Below, piece by piece: positions 26,370 through 39,241 of a stretch of DNA of 64,000 nucleotides. Position 1 is the first letter of the stretch. Each line of letters starts with the position of its first letter. Position numbers and translations under genes: made by a program. This DNA is from Carcharhinus longimanus (taxonomy: Eukaryota): assembly GCA_030264375.1 (NCBI GenBank), contig JASCQW010000105.1, positions 50,277,107-50,341,106 on the forward strand, read 5' to 3'. The notes under the pieces are model-generated. The model saw only the letters and a program-made list of their open reading frames with translations, did no database searches and had not been told where the DNA came from.

Positions 26370-26987
26370 GGGGCCAAAAATTTGTGCCCGTGACTGCCGC
26401 AAGTGCAAATGGCAATGCAGGTGCAAAGTCTCACAAAACTTGGAAAACAAGTATCTGGCTGGTAAGATCTTGTTTTCTAATTTTCCCCATCTTTCACCAG
26501 TGGGTAAGGAAAGGCAGGGACCTCATTTGCATATATTTTTGCATATTTTAATATAATTAGTGATTAATAATTTAATATAATTCCTGAGCTTCCCCATCAA
26601 GTCATTTGCCCACATCAGGAAATCCCTCCTTGCAGTCCCGTCCTTTAAAAGGGGCATCCTGATCTCAGGATTCCGCTGTTTCAAACCCCACCCCACCAGT
26701 GTGATGGCATGAGCCACACCTCTGACAAATTTTTTTCGAAGCATTTAAAAATATGGCAGGAAAAGCCAGCAGTGCAGTTGACAAGCTACACACCGCTTTT
26801 CTCTATAAATAAAATAAAAGCGGATACTGGAATCTGAAGCAAAAACAGAAAATGTTGGAAAATTTCAGCAGGTTTGACAAAGAGAGAATAGAGTCAACAT
26901 TGAGTCAGGGTCATCCTGACTCGAAACATCAACACCATTTTTCTCATCTGAGCCAACACTTTAAAAAAACAATGTAAAATACTGCCC
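26370..26987. mobile_element. MITE inserted in LTR copy 1
   Basis: Termini ggggccaaaaattt / aaaatactgccc; absent from the homologous position of LTR copy 2 (ctcactcaaggatttgct). Confidence 0.7.
26808..26947. mobile_element. Penelope-like pseudo-LTR fold-back
   Basis: gcggatactggaatctgaagcaaaaacagaaaatgttggaaaatttcagcagg arm; centre GAGTCAGG-gtcat-CCTGACTC followed by GAAAC. Confidence 0.8.
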
Positions 26988-29046
26988 AAGGTCTTGCTCC
27001 TTCAGTGTTTCAGTTGCCTGTGATCAATTCTGCAGAGTAAACAGGTACTTAAAAGACATATGATCTTCTTTCCCCCAACTGCGCAGTGACCCAAATTTGG
27101 TTGTACCAAGTGTGGTCCAGTTGTCTGAATCATGGCTGGTAATTGCTTTTTCAGCCTCTGTTCCATTGTCCAAATTATTATGCCAAATGGTTTGTCTCCG
27201 CCCAGTTGAGTACCAGGATGGTTGTTTGGATGTTTTGCTAATGGGAAAGATAACAGCTTCCATTCATCCCTTCCAAGGGAGTTGTTCCTTATGTGACTGA
27301 TTTAATGTATGTCATTGATCAACTTGGCCAAAGTATGACTTGTAATGGACTTTCGGGGTGAGCATTTAAATTTTTGAGGCAAATGTTTTGAAGTTGTTTG
27401 GACATTTCTTTCATTGTTTTCTTTTCTGTTGGTGTTAGTCTTTCATTGCCCTGATTTTTGCCAACCCCACTAATTCTTATCTTACTTTTTGTTGCCTCAT
27501 CTCCTTTTCTTGGTTATTGGCACATTTTGAAGAGGAAGAATTGAGGAGAACTGCTTAGGTGGTGCTTTGTGCCCTCTCGGCAGCATTGACACACCCATAT
27601 CTGCAGGGAGAGATGGAACGGCCTCAATTTGGCAGCTGTAGTGCTGGTAGAGTCTCCTGTTCCCAAAATAAGCTGTGCCATCAGACCCAGGCTCGCTGCA
27701 CTACAGTATTTAGATGCCGAGCCAAGTCCTTCAGAAGCAGCCAATCACAATATGTCATACTTGTCATGTCATGTTTGAATCTGGATAGCTGTTCCATTGC
27801 TTAAGCTGTACATGGTTTGCTATTATCAGTTGTGAGATAGCAATTCATTTTCAACTGCCCAATTATAATTCCAATTCATAATTTAGATTGCAAGGGAAAA
27901 GAAGATGGAGAACAAACTGAGCGACTGAAGGTAATTACGAGACTGAGTAATCATACCTGTTGGAGAAATTCACAGTAGGTGAGAGAAATTTCAAATAATC
28001 AGGGCTCTAAATCACTAACAAAATACTAGCAATAAGTGAAATGATCTCACATCAGGTTCACAGTCTAACGGGGGGGAACTGTCTACATGAAAACAATGTG
28101 AACGCAGTAAGAAATTTAAGTAAGTATTAGATTTGAACAAGTATTTCTGATTTTAAACAAGTACTTGAAAATGTTTTAGCCGTGTTTTTAAAGTAATTGT
28201 GCACTTATCCAAAGGCAGGCTGCTGCGAAGGATGATGGGATAAAACCATAGCAGACAGAACCACGTTCTTTGAAACAATGAAACTATAGAATGTGCATAG
28301 TGTTATCAAAAAAAAGTCACGAACTGTTTGGTTCCCAAAACCACTTTGTGAATAGGGTTGTTCAAGCATCCTGGTAAGACAGGCCTTCTCAGATGTGAGA
28401 ATGTACAACTGGTTCGGCCATTGGTGTAAGCAAGAGTTGGTGGGAACAGTAACTTTTACCTTCGTAGCTAAGTGTCAAGAGTTGCTATGCAATAGAGGAA
28501 GAAGCATTAGCAATAGGGGGAGGAAATATCTGGATTCTACGGATCAATAAAATCCCATGATGTCAGAGGGTAGAATGCAATTGGCTGTGATATATGACAA
28601 TTGTTAACAGTGATTGATTTGTATTAATTATTATTTGTTCATAATTACTGGAACGGCAGGAGAAACAAACGTTCTTAGGCATTTTTGCAAACAAAAAAAA
28701 AATTATGTAACTATCATTTTTAAGTGACTGTCACCTTGTATCATTGTGGAATTCGTGGGGTAATTTTATTTCACCCTTTGTTCTTTAACAGTTTTATTGT
28801 TGTCCTGAAGGACTTTAGTGACCATTACATTCTAGGATGTGCATCCCTGATTCTTTGAAACTGACAGATTAACAAATTTTAACAGCAAGAATGATGAACA
28901 AGCTCAGAAACTGATTTTTTAGGAAATGACCCAACAGCACTTTACCTTTATATGCCAACTTTAATCCTGAAGAATGGCTCAAGTCACTTTGGCAGAGGTA
29001 TATTCCTAAAACAAAGTACAACATGATTTAGATTTGGGTATAGTTT

Positions 29047-29363
29047 TAGAATCATAGAATCCTACTGTGCAGAAGGAGCGCATTCGGACCATCGAGTTTG
29101 CACCGACAGCAATCCCACCCAGGCTCTATCTCCAGAACCCCATGCATTTACCCGAGCTAGTATCCCTGACGTTAAGGGACAACTTAGCATGGCCAATCTA
29201 CCTAACCTGCATATCTTTGGACTGTGGGAGGAAACTAGAACACCAGGAGGAAACCCACGCAGACACGAGGAGAATGTGCAAACTCCACACAGTGACCCAA
29301 GCCGGGAATCGAACCCAGGTCCCTGGCAGTGTAAGGCAGCAGTGCTAACCGCTGTGCTGCCCC
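29047..29363 (-). mobile_element. HE1/V-SINE, full length
   Basis: Close match to the recalled consensus, including gggaatcgaacccaggtccctggc (B box) and the tagaatcatagaat tail. Confidence 0.97.
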
Positions 29364-30321
29364 AAATGACAAAATGAGTCAAATGGTCAGTTGTGGAAGT
29401 ATCCAATTTGAATTGGAATGTAACTTTAAATGCACATGGTAAGACAGATGTAAAAAAATGGGCATTTTATGTTCTGCACATGTAAATTTAGAAAAAAATC
29501 TTTAGTTTGAAAATCTCTGAAGCTGCTTTGTGGATTCAGTGCAATTATACAATATAGTGCTAAAGTTTCTGTCTAGATGTGGATCTAATTACACAATAAA
29601 CTGATAATCTTTCATTGTTCCTTAAAAGTAAGTGGCAGGTGATGAAATATCCACTCTGCAGTCATATAAGCAACTGAAATGAATAGTGGATGTTCAAAAA
29701 TGCTGTGCTGTTTTACGTAGACGCATCTGCCATTTATGTATCTTGTCAAGGATGTGTTAAAGTTATTTTGTTAAGTTTAATGACATACATCATGCAATAT
29801 AATTGCTCCCCCATGATAGAATTCAAATCAATTAACATTAAATTCATGTAATCTTATTATCCAAAAGGCAAATTTACACAGGAAATCATGTTGTTGTAAC
29901 ATAATGCCATGTCTTCGTATTGTACTCTCGTTTAATACCCATGTATTTAAGCAGAGTGTGAGAAATAGTATCACAAGGGCAGCTATAAATACCTAATTAT
30001 TGCATGCTTAATTTACATGAGCCCTAAATGGAACAAATTAAATGTAGAACTCACAGCCCTGCAATGGGTATCTATGAGCAGCAGCAATACTATGCACCAC
30101 TATGAGCTGAAACATCCCTCATTCCCTGATCACCATTGAGTCAGAAGACCAACCTTGGTTCAAAGCACAGTCTGGAAGTATGTGTAAGGAACAGTGCACA
30201 CCATAATTTAGATTGAGATATGAAGCCAGTAAAGCTACCTGCCACTGAGCTAAGACCTCTCAAAATTTTTAATGAAATATATACATCAACATGGCTATTT
30301 CCTAAAATTTTCGCTGAAGCT

Positions 30322-30489
30322 ATAGAATCATAGAAAAACTCTACATGCAGAAGAAATCCAGTTGGCCCATTGAGCCTGCACTAACAATCCCACCCAGGCC
30401 TATCCCCATAACCCCATGTATTTACCTTGCTGATCCTCTTGACACTAGGGGGCAATTTAGCATGGCCAATTAACCTAACCCACACATCT
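30322..30489 (-). mobile_element. HE1/V-SINE, 5'-truncated
   Basis: Tail and 3' body only: acaatcccacccaggcctatcccc...gcaatttagcatggccaattaacctaacc. Confidence 0.9.
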
Positions 30490-31247
30490 CAAGGGGAAAC
30501 CTATTCATGCCTGTACCATCGTGGAAGTCGTGTCTACTGGAAAAGTGAATTATCCAGCATCAGTCTTTAACCTGTCAACCTCTGTGAAAGAATGCAGCAC
30601 CCGACTTTGAAGGTGGCCTTTCTGACCCCAATGCATATTTTCCAGCAGGAGGTGTGGCCTGCCATTGGCCAGCAGTGGGATCTTGCAGTCTCACTGATGC
30701 CTATGGCATTTTGCATGACCCATCCTTCTCACTGCCAGGAAACCCACCATGGGGATTGGGGGGTGGGGTGGGGGGCANNNNNNNNNNNNNNNNNNNNNNN
30801 NNNNNNNNNNNNNNNNNNNNNNNNNNNNNNNNNNNNNNNNNNNNNNNNNNNNNNNNNNNNNNNNNNNNNNNNNNNNNNNNNNNNNNNNNNNNNNNNNNNN
30901 NNNNNNNNNNNNNNNNNNNNNNNNNNNNNNNNNNNNNNNNNNNNNNNNNNNNNNNNNNNNNNNNNNNNNNNNNNNNNNNNNNNAAAGTTGGATCACACCA
31001 AAACTGAAATTTTGGGAAGTGTGCCACTGCCAAAAAGTGAAATAAAAAAAAATCAAAACATCTTTCTGTTTACAAAGAGGAGAAATTGGTGTTGAAATTA
31101 AAACCCCTCCTGCCTGTAACACACAACACAAGGCTATCTGCATGTTAAAAACCAAAAGCAGTAAGCTGTAGACAAAGCTCAGTATTATTAGATCTAAAGA
31201 ATTGCATCCAGCTGAGAATAATAATGCTTAATCAGGCAATTAACAGG

Positions 31248-32855
31248 TAGGAGAGGCTCCACAAATACCCCAGTTCTTAAATGATAGCAAGAGGCAATGT
31301 TGAACTGTTCCCAAGCAGCCCGTTGCGTCGAGGGGATAATCCAATTTGAATTCCCCACAATCATGCCAAATGAGTGTCATGTAACAATAAGAAGCAATTT
31401 AATACATCAGTTGCATAATAGGCTATGGACAGTTACAACATCACAGTTGCAGTGCATTTTGTGCACCAAAGCTAATCACTCCCCAAATATGACAGTGACA
31501 TCTACTTAACAATATGAAAGATTGCCCAGATATGATGTTTCCATAAATACAAATCAGGCTAGTTACTTCTCTATCATCATCCCCACAATTATGAGCAAAA
31601 TAATGAAGGAAGTCATCAATAGTGCCACTCGCTAATATATTCAGCAATATTCACTTGGGTTTTTGTTAGAACCTTTTGCCTGTGGTGCTCATCACAGCTT
31701 TAATCAAAACCTTGGTGTGGGAAATGAAGGCTAGAGGAGAAGTGAGAGTAGCTGCCTTGACAGGAAGGTAGGATTTAAGTTGACATTAAAACAATTCATG
31801 CCAGCCAAGCACAACAGGATCTGGCTAAGATCCAAACTTAGGTCAGCAAGTGACTGGTTATGTCACTGAAGTGGCAAGTAATGATTGTCCTGAATGTGAG
31901 AAAGCCTAGCACCCTCACTTTGACTGTCACTGGCACTCTTATTGCTAAAATTGCCATCCTTAACACACCAGAGATCATTAACTAGAAGACAAAGCAAATC
32001 AGCCATATTAACATCAAGATTACCAAAGAAAGAAAGAGGCTGGATAATCTTTGATGAAAAGCATAGTGATTAGCAATGCTGCTTCACAGCTCCAGGGACC
32101 TGGATTTGATTCCCGGCTTGGGTCACTGTCTGTATGGAGTTTGCATATTCTTCCTGTGTCTGCATGCGTTTTCTCCGGGTTCTCTGTTTCCTCCCACAGT
32201 CCAGAGATGTGCGGATAAGGTGCACTGACTATGCTAAATTACCCCTTAGGGTCCTGGGATGTGTAGGGTAGAGGGAATAGGGCAGGGTGGGATTGTTGTA
32301 GGTACAGACTCGATGGGCTGAATGGCATCCTTCTGCACTGTGGGATTTCTATGATTTCCTGAGCTTCCAAGTCCCATCACTATTTCTGAGACTCAAGTCA
32401 CCAGTGAGATAGAATATTTGTCACTTGATTTGACGGGCACAGCTACACCAATACTCAAGAAACTTATCATTCAGGACAGGGCATTTGCTTGAATAGGCCT
32501 GACCATTGTGCTTAATATCCACCATTAGTAATAATAGGAGACACTGCAGCAACTTGGCAAGGTTACTCCAAAAAAAGCATTTCTCACTTAACCCTGCTAT
32601 CACCCAGAGCAGTAATGTTTGAGAAAAGCATTACCTTGATTATCAATCCAATTCATATACCATTCTGACTTGAACATACTGTTCCTTCAGTATCACTGAG
32701 TTAGAGTCCTGGAATTCTCTATATCACACCATTATGGGAACATCTTCACAATAAAGAGCTATGGCAAATCAAGAAGAACATCCACCATTACCACTGTATT
32801 CTCAGGACAATACATATTGCCTAACCAGCATCATTCATGTCCCAAGAACTAATAC
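31248..32855 (+). mobile_element. Degenerate CR1-group LINE (48420 family) split by an HE1 SINE
   Basis: gtgagagtagctgccttgaca, gtggcaagtaa and ctcaagaaactt...caggacagggca match 48420-49487; ends cattcatgtcccaagaactaata. Confidence 0.75.
32061..32357 (+). mobile_element. HE1/V-SINE
   Basis: agtgattagcaatgctgcttcacagctccagggacc head through the ccttctgcactgtgggatttctatgatt tail. Confidence 0.95.
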
Positions 32856-34690
32856 TAGTCTACATGCATTCTAATTAATTTATCATCTTGTATTCAATTG
32901 GGAACAATGATGGCTGTGTATCTTCTTTCTCTAACAATTAAGTGACTCAAATGACTTTGGAGCAAACATTAGGGAGGTCATTGAAGATTTTGGAGATGGG
33001 AAAGCAGTTTAATTTGTTCAGTAACCAAATGCACAGTCCTGCTTTGAGGGATTCATGTCCATATTTTACATTCTTATACCTCAGTTTATAACTAATATGA
33101 AAAGGTTTGTACAATTAAGCTGCAAGAAACAGGGAAAATGTTAACATTGCATTAAAATACAATTAGCGTTATTACTGAAGAGTGAAACTGACAAAGATAA
33201 ATATTTCCTAAAAAATGGAGAAAGGGAAGTCACGCTTGTAAAAGCCTAATGACTAAACAGAAAATGATACTTTTTAGAAAGTGTCACTTCCATAGCTTCA
33301 TTTTTTTTGCATCTCTTCGTGAGGCACAATTTATTTTTATTGGCTATTTTTTCACTTTAAGATATCCAAACCTAAAAGCATGTAAACTCGCTAAATGTGC
33401 ATTTTAAGTCCCTGAACACTCTTGGAACTTTGATTGCATTGTCAGCTGGATATTCTAACTAATTAATAATGAATAACTTTTAATACAGAACTGGGGAATA
33501 TAGAACAGACAGATCAATATGACGGATGACTCTGCAAATTGAGTCATTCAATTGGACTACTATCTCATGTCCCCAGTGCATGGCAGTTAGAGTTCATTAT
33601 TGCTGTTTGATCACAGTCCCATATGTTTTCTGGGGTCTTGCTCGTTTCCAGAAATCAGTAGTGGATAGCTCTCCATTGCTACTGCAGAACTAATTGATTG
33701 ATATCACATCACCGTTGTGTTTTGCAATTGAACATGACTGTCCTCCATCAAGTTACAATTGCATCCAATCAGACCATTGTATTGTTATGTACCATAATAA
33801 GTGGAAGTCCAAATGAATTTAGGTCTTAAAGTATAATCACTGCATGTCACTGAGGTACCCTGTATAGCATTTGAAAACAGTCAAACATCATATGTAATTA
33901 AGAGAATCAAATTGTGCAGAACTCAATAAAGCTGTTTCAGAATCCTGCACTGAATGCAAAACTATATCTGTTATACATTAATAGATTCCAGTGCACTTTA
34001 TATTAAATAACAGTGATTTGATTTATTTTGTTGTCAGCACAATGATTCAATATCAAATGATTTGCTTACTACAGCCACAGCAATTAAGAAATCTTTATGT
34101 TTGTGCTAATCTTGCTAATGTAACTGTAATTAAAATCCTACTTCCCTGAATTACTTAGAAATTTTGTTTATTCTGCCGCATCAAAGTGTCATTAGAATGT
34201 ATCCTAAGTGTGCTTGTATTTAAAATATTTAATTTCAAATACTTGAGATCAAGCACATAATCAAATATATTTAATCCGTCTGAAGCTGTCTTTTGAGATA
34301 TGTTTTCAGGACCTGAAGATTTTAGTCTCTATAGGAATTCGAGGATGAATAGATTATGCAAATTAAGGATACTTGAGGTGAAGCAGTATAAAAGTGGACT
34401 GAAATCATAATCATCAGACATCTTCCTGTAATGGTTTTAAGCTACCTTTTAGTTTTGGAATAGTTGGAACAGATTCATACTGTTCAATCTATTACATTCA
34501 CTGATGATTCCTCATTGACTTTCCATCCTATGAAAGTGCATCTTGATGATCATGTGGAATTTTAATAGTGTCAAGCTACTATTCTGTATAAAGTAGTATT
34601 GGGAATCATGTAATAGATAGGAGGGTCGGGATGTCTCTGCATTTTGCCTAAAACATATGACAGATCTCCCCATCACTCTGCTCTCAGTCT

Positions 34691-36052
34691 TTACATCAGA
34701 TTACATAGAATATATGGTGCAGGAACAGGCCAATTCAGTCCAACCAGTACATGTTGATGCTTGCTTTAGTCTTCTCCTAAATTTCCTCAACTAAATCTAT
34801 CATCACAGTCCTCTATTGTTTGTTCTCTCATATGCTTGGAGGGTCCTCTAATGCATCTATACTGTTTTACTTCAACCACTCCCTGTGGCAGCAATGATCT
34901 CACCATTTTTTGACCAGAAAAATTTCTTCTGAGTGTCCCCTGGGATTTCTTGAGAACTATCTTGTATTGATTGAGTTTAGTTACTCTCTTGCCTGCAAAA
35001 AGAAATATTCTTTCTATGTCCACTCTACCACAACATTTCATAATTTAAAAGTCCTCTATTGGGTCACCCCACAGCCTTTTTTTGCAAGAGAAACAAGGCC
35101 CAGCATGTAGGTATTTTCCTGATATGTGTGCCCACATGTGTCTAGTATTAGTTTTGTAAGTTTTCTCTGCACCCTCTCCAGGATCTCCATATCATTATTA
35201 TAATAAGATGACCAGAATCCCACATAGTACTCTAAATGTAGTCCAACCAAGTTTAGATATGGTTAAACATAATTGCCTACTTTTCAATTCTATCCCTCCA
35301 AAAATAAAACTAAGTACTTGATTTGCTTATTCATGAACTTACTAATCTGGTGCAAGATTTAGTGGGCACAGTAAGAAGTCTCACTCAATAAGAAGTGGCT
35401 ACCCACCTGATAAAGGAGCAGTGCTCCGAAAGCTCGTGATTCCAAATAAACCTGTTGGTCTTTAACCTGCTTTTGTGAGGCTTCTTACTGTGCCCACCCT
35501 ACTCCAACACCAGTTTCTCCATATCAAGTTATAGTGATTTGTGCTCTGAGATCCATTTGTTCCATTACCCCACCTAAACTCTCACCTTCCAAGTAGTAAT
35601 TGATCTCCTATTCTTCCTTCCAAAATGTCAATATCTCATATTTTTCTGTGTTGAACTTCATTTGTTAATTTGTCCAATCTGGACATTTATTAATGTCTGC
35701 CTGTAATTTGTTACTTCCTCCTCAGTACTAATTTCCATTATAACCCCCCTCCCACTCCCATCTGCTGCTAGCTGTTCACACATTTAGAAATTATGTTTTT
35801 GATTCCAAAGTCCAAATCATGAAAGTCAGCTCTGAATAGCAATGGTCCCAGCACTGATCCATGTGAAACATCTCTTATCGCACTCTGTTACTCTGAACAG
35901 GTACCTTTTACTCCCACTCACTGATTTGTACCATGAAGCCAGCTCCATTTTTTAACTTGTTCCCTGCCTCCATATTCTCTGCTCTTACTCATACATCTAT
36001 TTTGGGCACCTTATCGAAGGCTTTTTGAAAAATCCTGATAAATTACATCCAC
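34691..36052 (-). mobile_element. CR1 3' fragment interrupted by a Penelope pLTR
   Basis: ORF 'LHLEYYVGFWSSYYNNDMEILERVQRKLTKLI' is the CR1 C-terminal motif; gggcaccttatcgaaggctttttgaaaaatcc encodes 'DF(Q)KAFDKVP' on the minus strand. Confidence 0.9.
35362..35526 (+). mobile_element. Penelope-like inverted pLTR with minimal hammerhead-ribozyme motif
   Basis: 23 bp inverted repeat at 35362-35384 / 35475-35497 (1 mismatch) flanks CTGATAA-A-GGAGC-AGT-GCTCC-GAAA at 35407-35431. Confidence 0.85.
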
Positions 36053-36189
36053 CATCGGGACTCAGGATATGTCACTTTCAAGATTGCAGATATACTATGA
36101 TCAAGTGTAGTCATGATTCCATTGTCTTTAGTTCCCTCCACAAGATCCATTCCAGTTTCTTCACAACTGCTTGAGGCTGAAACAGAATG

Positions 36190-37065
36190 CTCACAACCTT
36201 GGTGTCATATTTGATTCTCAAGATGAGCTTCTGACCACAAACCCGCCTCAGAGAGTTTATTTGTAATTTATTTGAATGTATCACCTGGCTTCATTGTATC
36301 TCAACCCATCTGCTGAAACATACATCCATGTGTTTGTTACCTGTAATTCTAACAATTTCAACAGATATTTCCCAACTTCAATTTTGCAGAAACTTGGTTA
36401 TTTAACGTCTGTTTTCTGTCCCCTCCGCCATCCTGCACCACCTCCCCCTTCCCCCTGCCCCAGCAGCACATGTGGTGAATTACTGGCTGCTGATGGGATT
36501 TTCCAGTCCCACTAAGGCCTGTGGGCTTTTGCATGGTTCGCCTGCCCAGCCTCCAGGGAAACTGCTGTGGGCGGGGCAGGGGAGGATTGATTTTGGTGGG
36601 ACCGTTAGATCCTGCCAATGGAAGGATCCAGAAATTCCCACTCCATGTCCTATTCAGTCATCACCCCTGTGCTTACTAACATTTGTTGGCCTGCTATTAA
36701 GTAACACCATTCTCTTTTCTGTTTTCAAATCCTTCTGTGGCCCTCCCCCTCTCTCTGACCTTCCTCAGTGCCTCAACTCTTCGAGATATTGTGTTTATTT
36801 AATTCTAGCTTCTTGAACATTTCTTAATTTTTCCATGATTTGTGGCCATGCCTTCAGGTACCAAGACCCAAAGCTACGCAATTCCATCCCTCACCCTCTC
36901 GCACTCACTCTGCATCTTTTTGATTTAAGAGGTTCTATAACACCTACCTTGTAAACCAGGCTTTCGCCCATTTACCCAGTTATCTCCTTATGTGGCACTG
37001 TGTCAGATTTGCTGTTGAATATTTTGTGATTTTTATTTTGTTATTGGTGTAAATTTAAGTTGTGT
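36190..37065 (+). mobile_element. L2 3' fragment interrupted by a MITE (~36405-36642)
   Basis: cacaaccttggtgtcatatttga ('NLGVIFD'), 'SAETYIHVFVT', catcacccctgtgctt ('ITPVL') and an L2 3' UTR. Confidence 0.85.
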
Positions 37066-37929
37066 AATGCAAAGGACATGTTATTGTTTCCTGTATTGAC
37101 TAAAACTACTTTGCTGCATTGCTTACAATCCAGAGTGAAATGACACCTGGCCAGAAGCCCAGAAAACATACTAAACTTTATCTTTGGACTGACATCCTAC
37201 TCGTTATCACAATGCAGGCATAACAGTAATCTTTTTTTCTGAGAAACTTTCTCTAGAGTATCTCTACAGAGCATGGGGAGGTCAGGCTGGAGTCGGGGTT
37301 GGGGGGTTGGGTTGGTGGTGCGTACAGTAGTAGGGAATAATAAGTGATAATTGAGGCAACAAAAGATTTCAAATTGGCATGTCGTGCCAGTTCATCTGCC
37401 TGGATGATTTTTCTTGCCTCGCAGGGTCAGTTGTAGGGCATTTGGAATACCTTTTTGTGTATGCTAAATGATGTAAAACAGATTGTGCATACTTAATTCA
37501 AGTAAAAAAAACATGAACAATACAAATGCCTGACAAGTAAAAAAAAACTGCTGATGTATATCTGTTGGATAACCTAACATTACTAACTAAGGCCAGGATT
37601 TTGGCGACTGGAGCAGAAATTCTCGCGTGGTGTCCAAATTGCGTTTCATGCCAATGTAAAAGCGTGACGCAATTATCCCTGCCCCCACCAGTGATGTAAT
37701 ACGTTTCCTGAGCTGCAACATCGAGAACATCGTTTCCACGTATTAGCATATTTTTATCAGACCTCAACGCCTGAATCATCCCCACTCCCATCCATTTACG
37801 TTGATGTTGGGGCAAAGGTGAGAAACATGACTAGTCTGCCAAGGCGTGCACCTGGCGAGCAGACCTTGCAGAGGAGCACAACAACGTGCAGAGCTCAGGG
37901 GAAGAGGGTGCCAGGAAGTAGAGGTAGCT

Positions 37930-39241
37930 TGTCGTGATATAAGTGTGTATTATTGGATGTTAGAAATAGGTTTATATTTAAGTGAATTTAATTTAATATA
38001 TTTGCATGTGATAAGATGATAAAACTTTAGATCAATCCATGTAAAACAAAGGTGTTTGTATTTATGGAAGTTTTGATATCAGTTCAAACTGTGTCTGCAT
38101 TGTGCTGAGAGTTTATGATGTAAAAAGTAAACATGAGCTTGGAGAAAGAATGAAATGTTGTTTAGTAACCAGGGTACACCTTAGGAAAGACAAACCTTGT
38201 GATTGTATTTAACTGAAGTTAAGAGCAGTTGGAGTTTAGCAATGAGAGAAAAGTAGCTCTTTCAGACCTCCGGAAAGCAAGAAAGCCATGCAATGGAGTA
38301 ATTGGCAAGGAACCTAGTCCAGTAACTAACAGTTAAAATAGAAATTGCCATGAATCTTGAAGTAAGAAAGAAAAACGGGAACTAGAATTTGAGCAGGGTA
38401 CTGTTAATTGACATTAAAGACAGAACTGGCAAATGCAGAGCTGATTAATTTGGTTAGAGAAAAGCCGGATGTCTGAATTTCCAGTCTTTGAAACAATAGT
38501 ATTCAGTTGGAGACTGACCACTTGATTGATTTGTGTAAAAGTTTGAAAGCTCATGGCTATTCAAGACAAAGGAATACTGAAAGGAGAGGTGGAAATCCTG
38601 GATGTGGATCCTTGCTAGAACCAGCTGAAGGAAAACGTTTGAAAGGAGTTTCTAAGGCATGTCTGATCGAGAGTGGAATTTGGAAACATTTATGTGGAAG
38701 CCAGAGTCCAGTGAGATCAATTGGCTCAGTGTAATTGTCATTTGGGGGCATTTGAGGAGAACTCCAGAGAAGCTCGATTGAGTAGCATCAACCACTTGGT
38801 TTCAGAGTGGGATTTTTCTGATCATATTTAGCCTGTTGGGTTACAAGATGTTTTACTGAAAACTTTGTAGCGTAAGATGTATTTCGTAATCTGTGTCATT
38901 CCTAAAATCTGTGTACGTTTATGAAGCTAAGTGGAAGAAGGAATATTGTAATATAGCCAAGCCTTTCATGTTTAATATTTATATATCTCGATGATAAAAT
39001 ATAATTGCCAGTTCTGTGACTTATCCATGTTTTCTAAAAAAAAAGTTTTAGGGTGAGATTTTACAGCCTCGCTTGTCCCAAAAATCCCACCCAAGATCAA
39101 TGGATCTTCCTAAGTTCCACCCCTCGCCCACTCCGATTTCTGTGGCGGGCAAGCCGTTAAAATTCTGGCCATTGTCTTTTGAGCCAAAGTTCCATTCTGG
39201 GACCTTCTGATCATCAGTAAAATCAATAAGGGATTGTAACA
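37930..39241 (+). mobile_element. Solo LTR containing a 120 bp MITE
   Basis: Begins TGTCGTGA and ends GATTGTAACA, with an abrupt compositional change at both ends. Confidence 0.7.
39051..39170. mobile_element. 120 bp MITE
   Basis: TIRs gggtgagattttac / ttaaaattctggcc; multiple paralogues in the window. Confidence 0.85.

Larger units (their letters stand above)
25562..27340 (-). mobile_element. Solo LTR copy 1, interrupted by a SINE, a MITE and a Penelope fragment
   Basis: Colinear with 47118-48398 (ttttattgtacttaacccagtctaagtaaaata; ttctgcagagtaaacaggtacttaaa); starts TGTG; right boundary approximate. Confidence 0.75.

Noticed and set aside
29300-29363. tRNA gene (A/B boxes) here and at the other SINE heads
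   Set aside because: These are tRNA-derived SINE heads continuous with the V core and LINE tail, with no complete cloverleaf.
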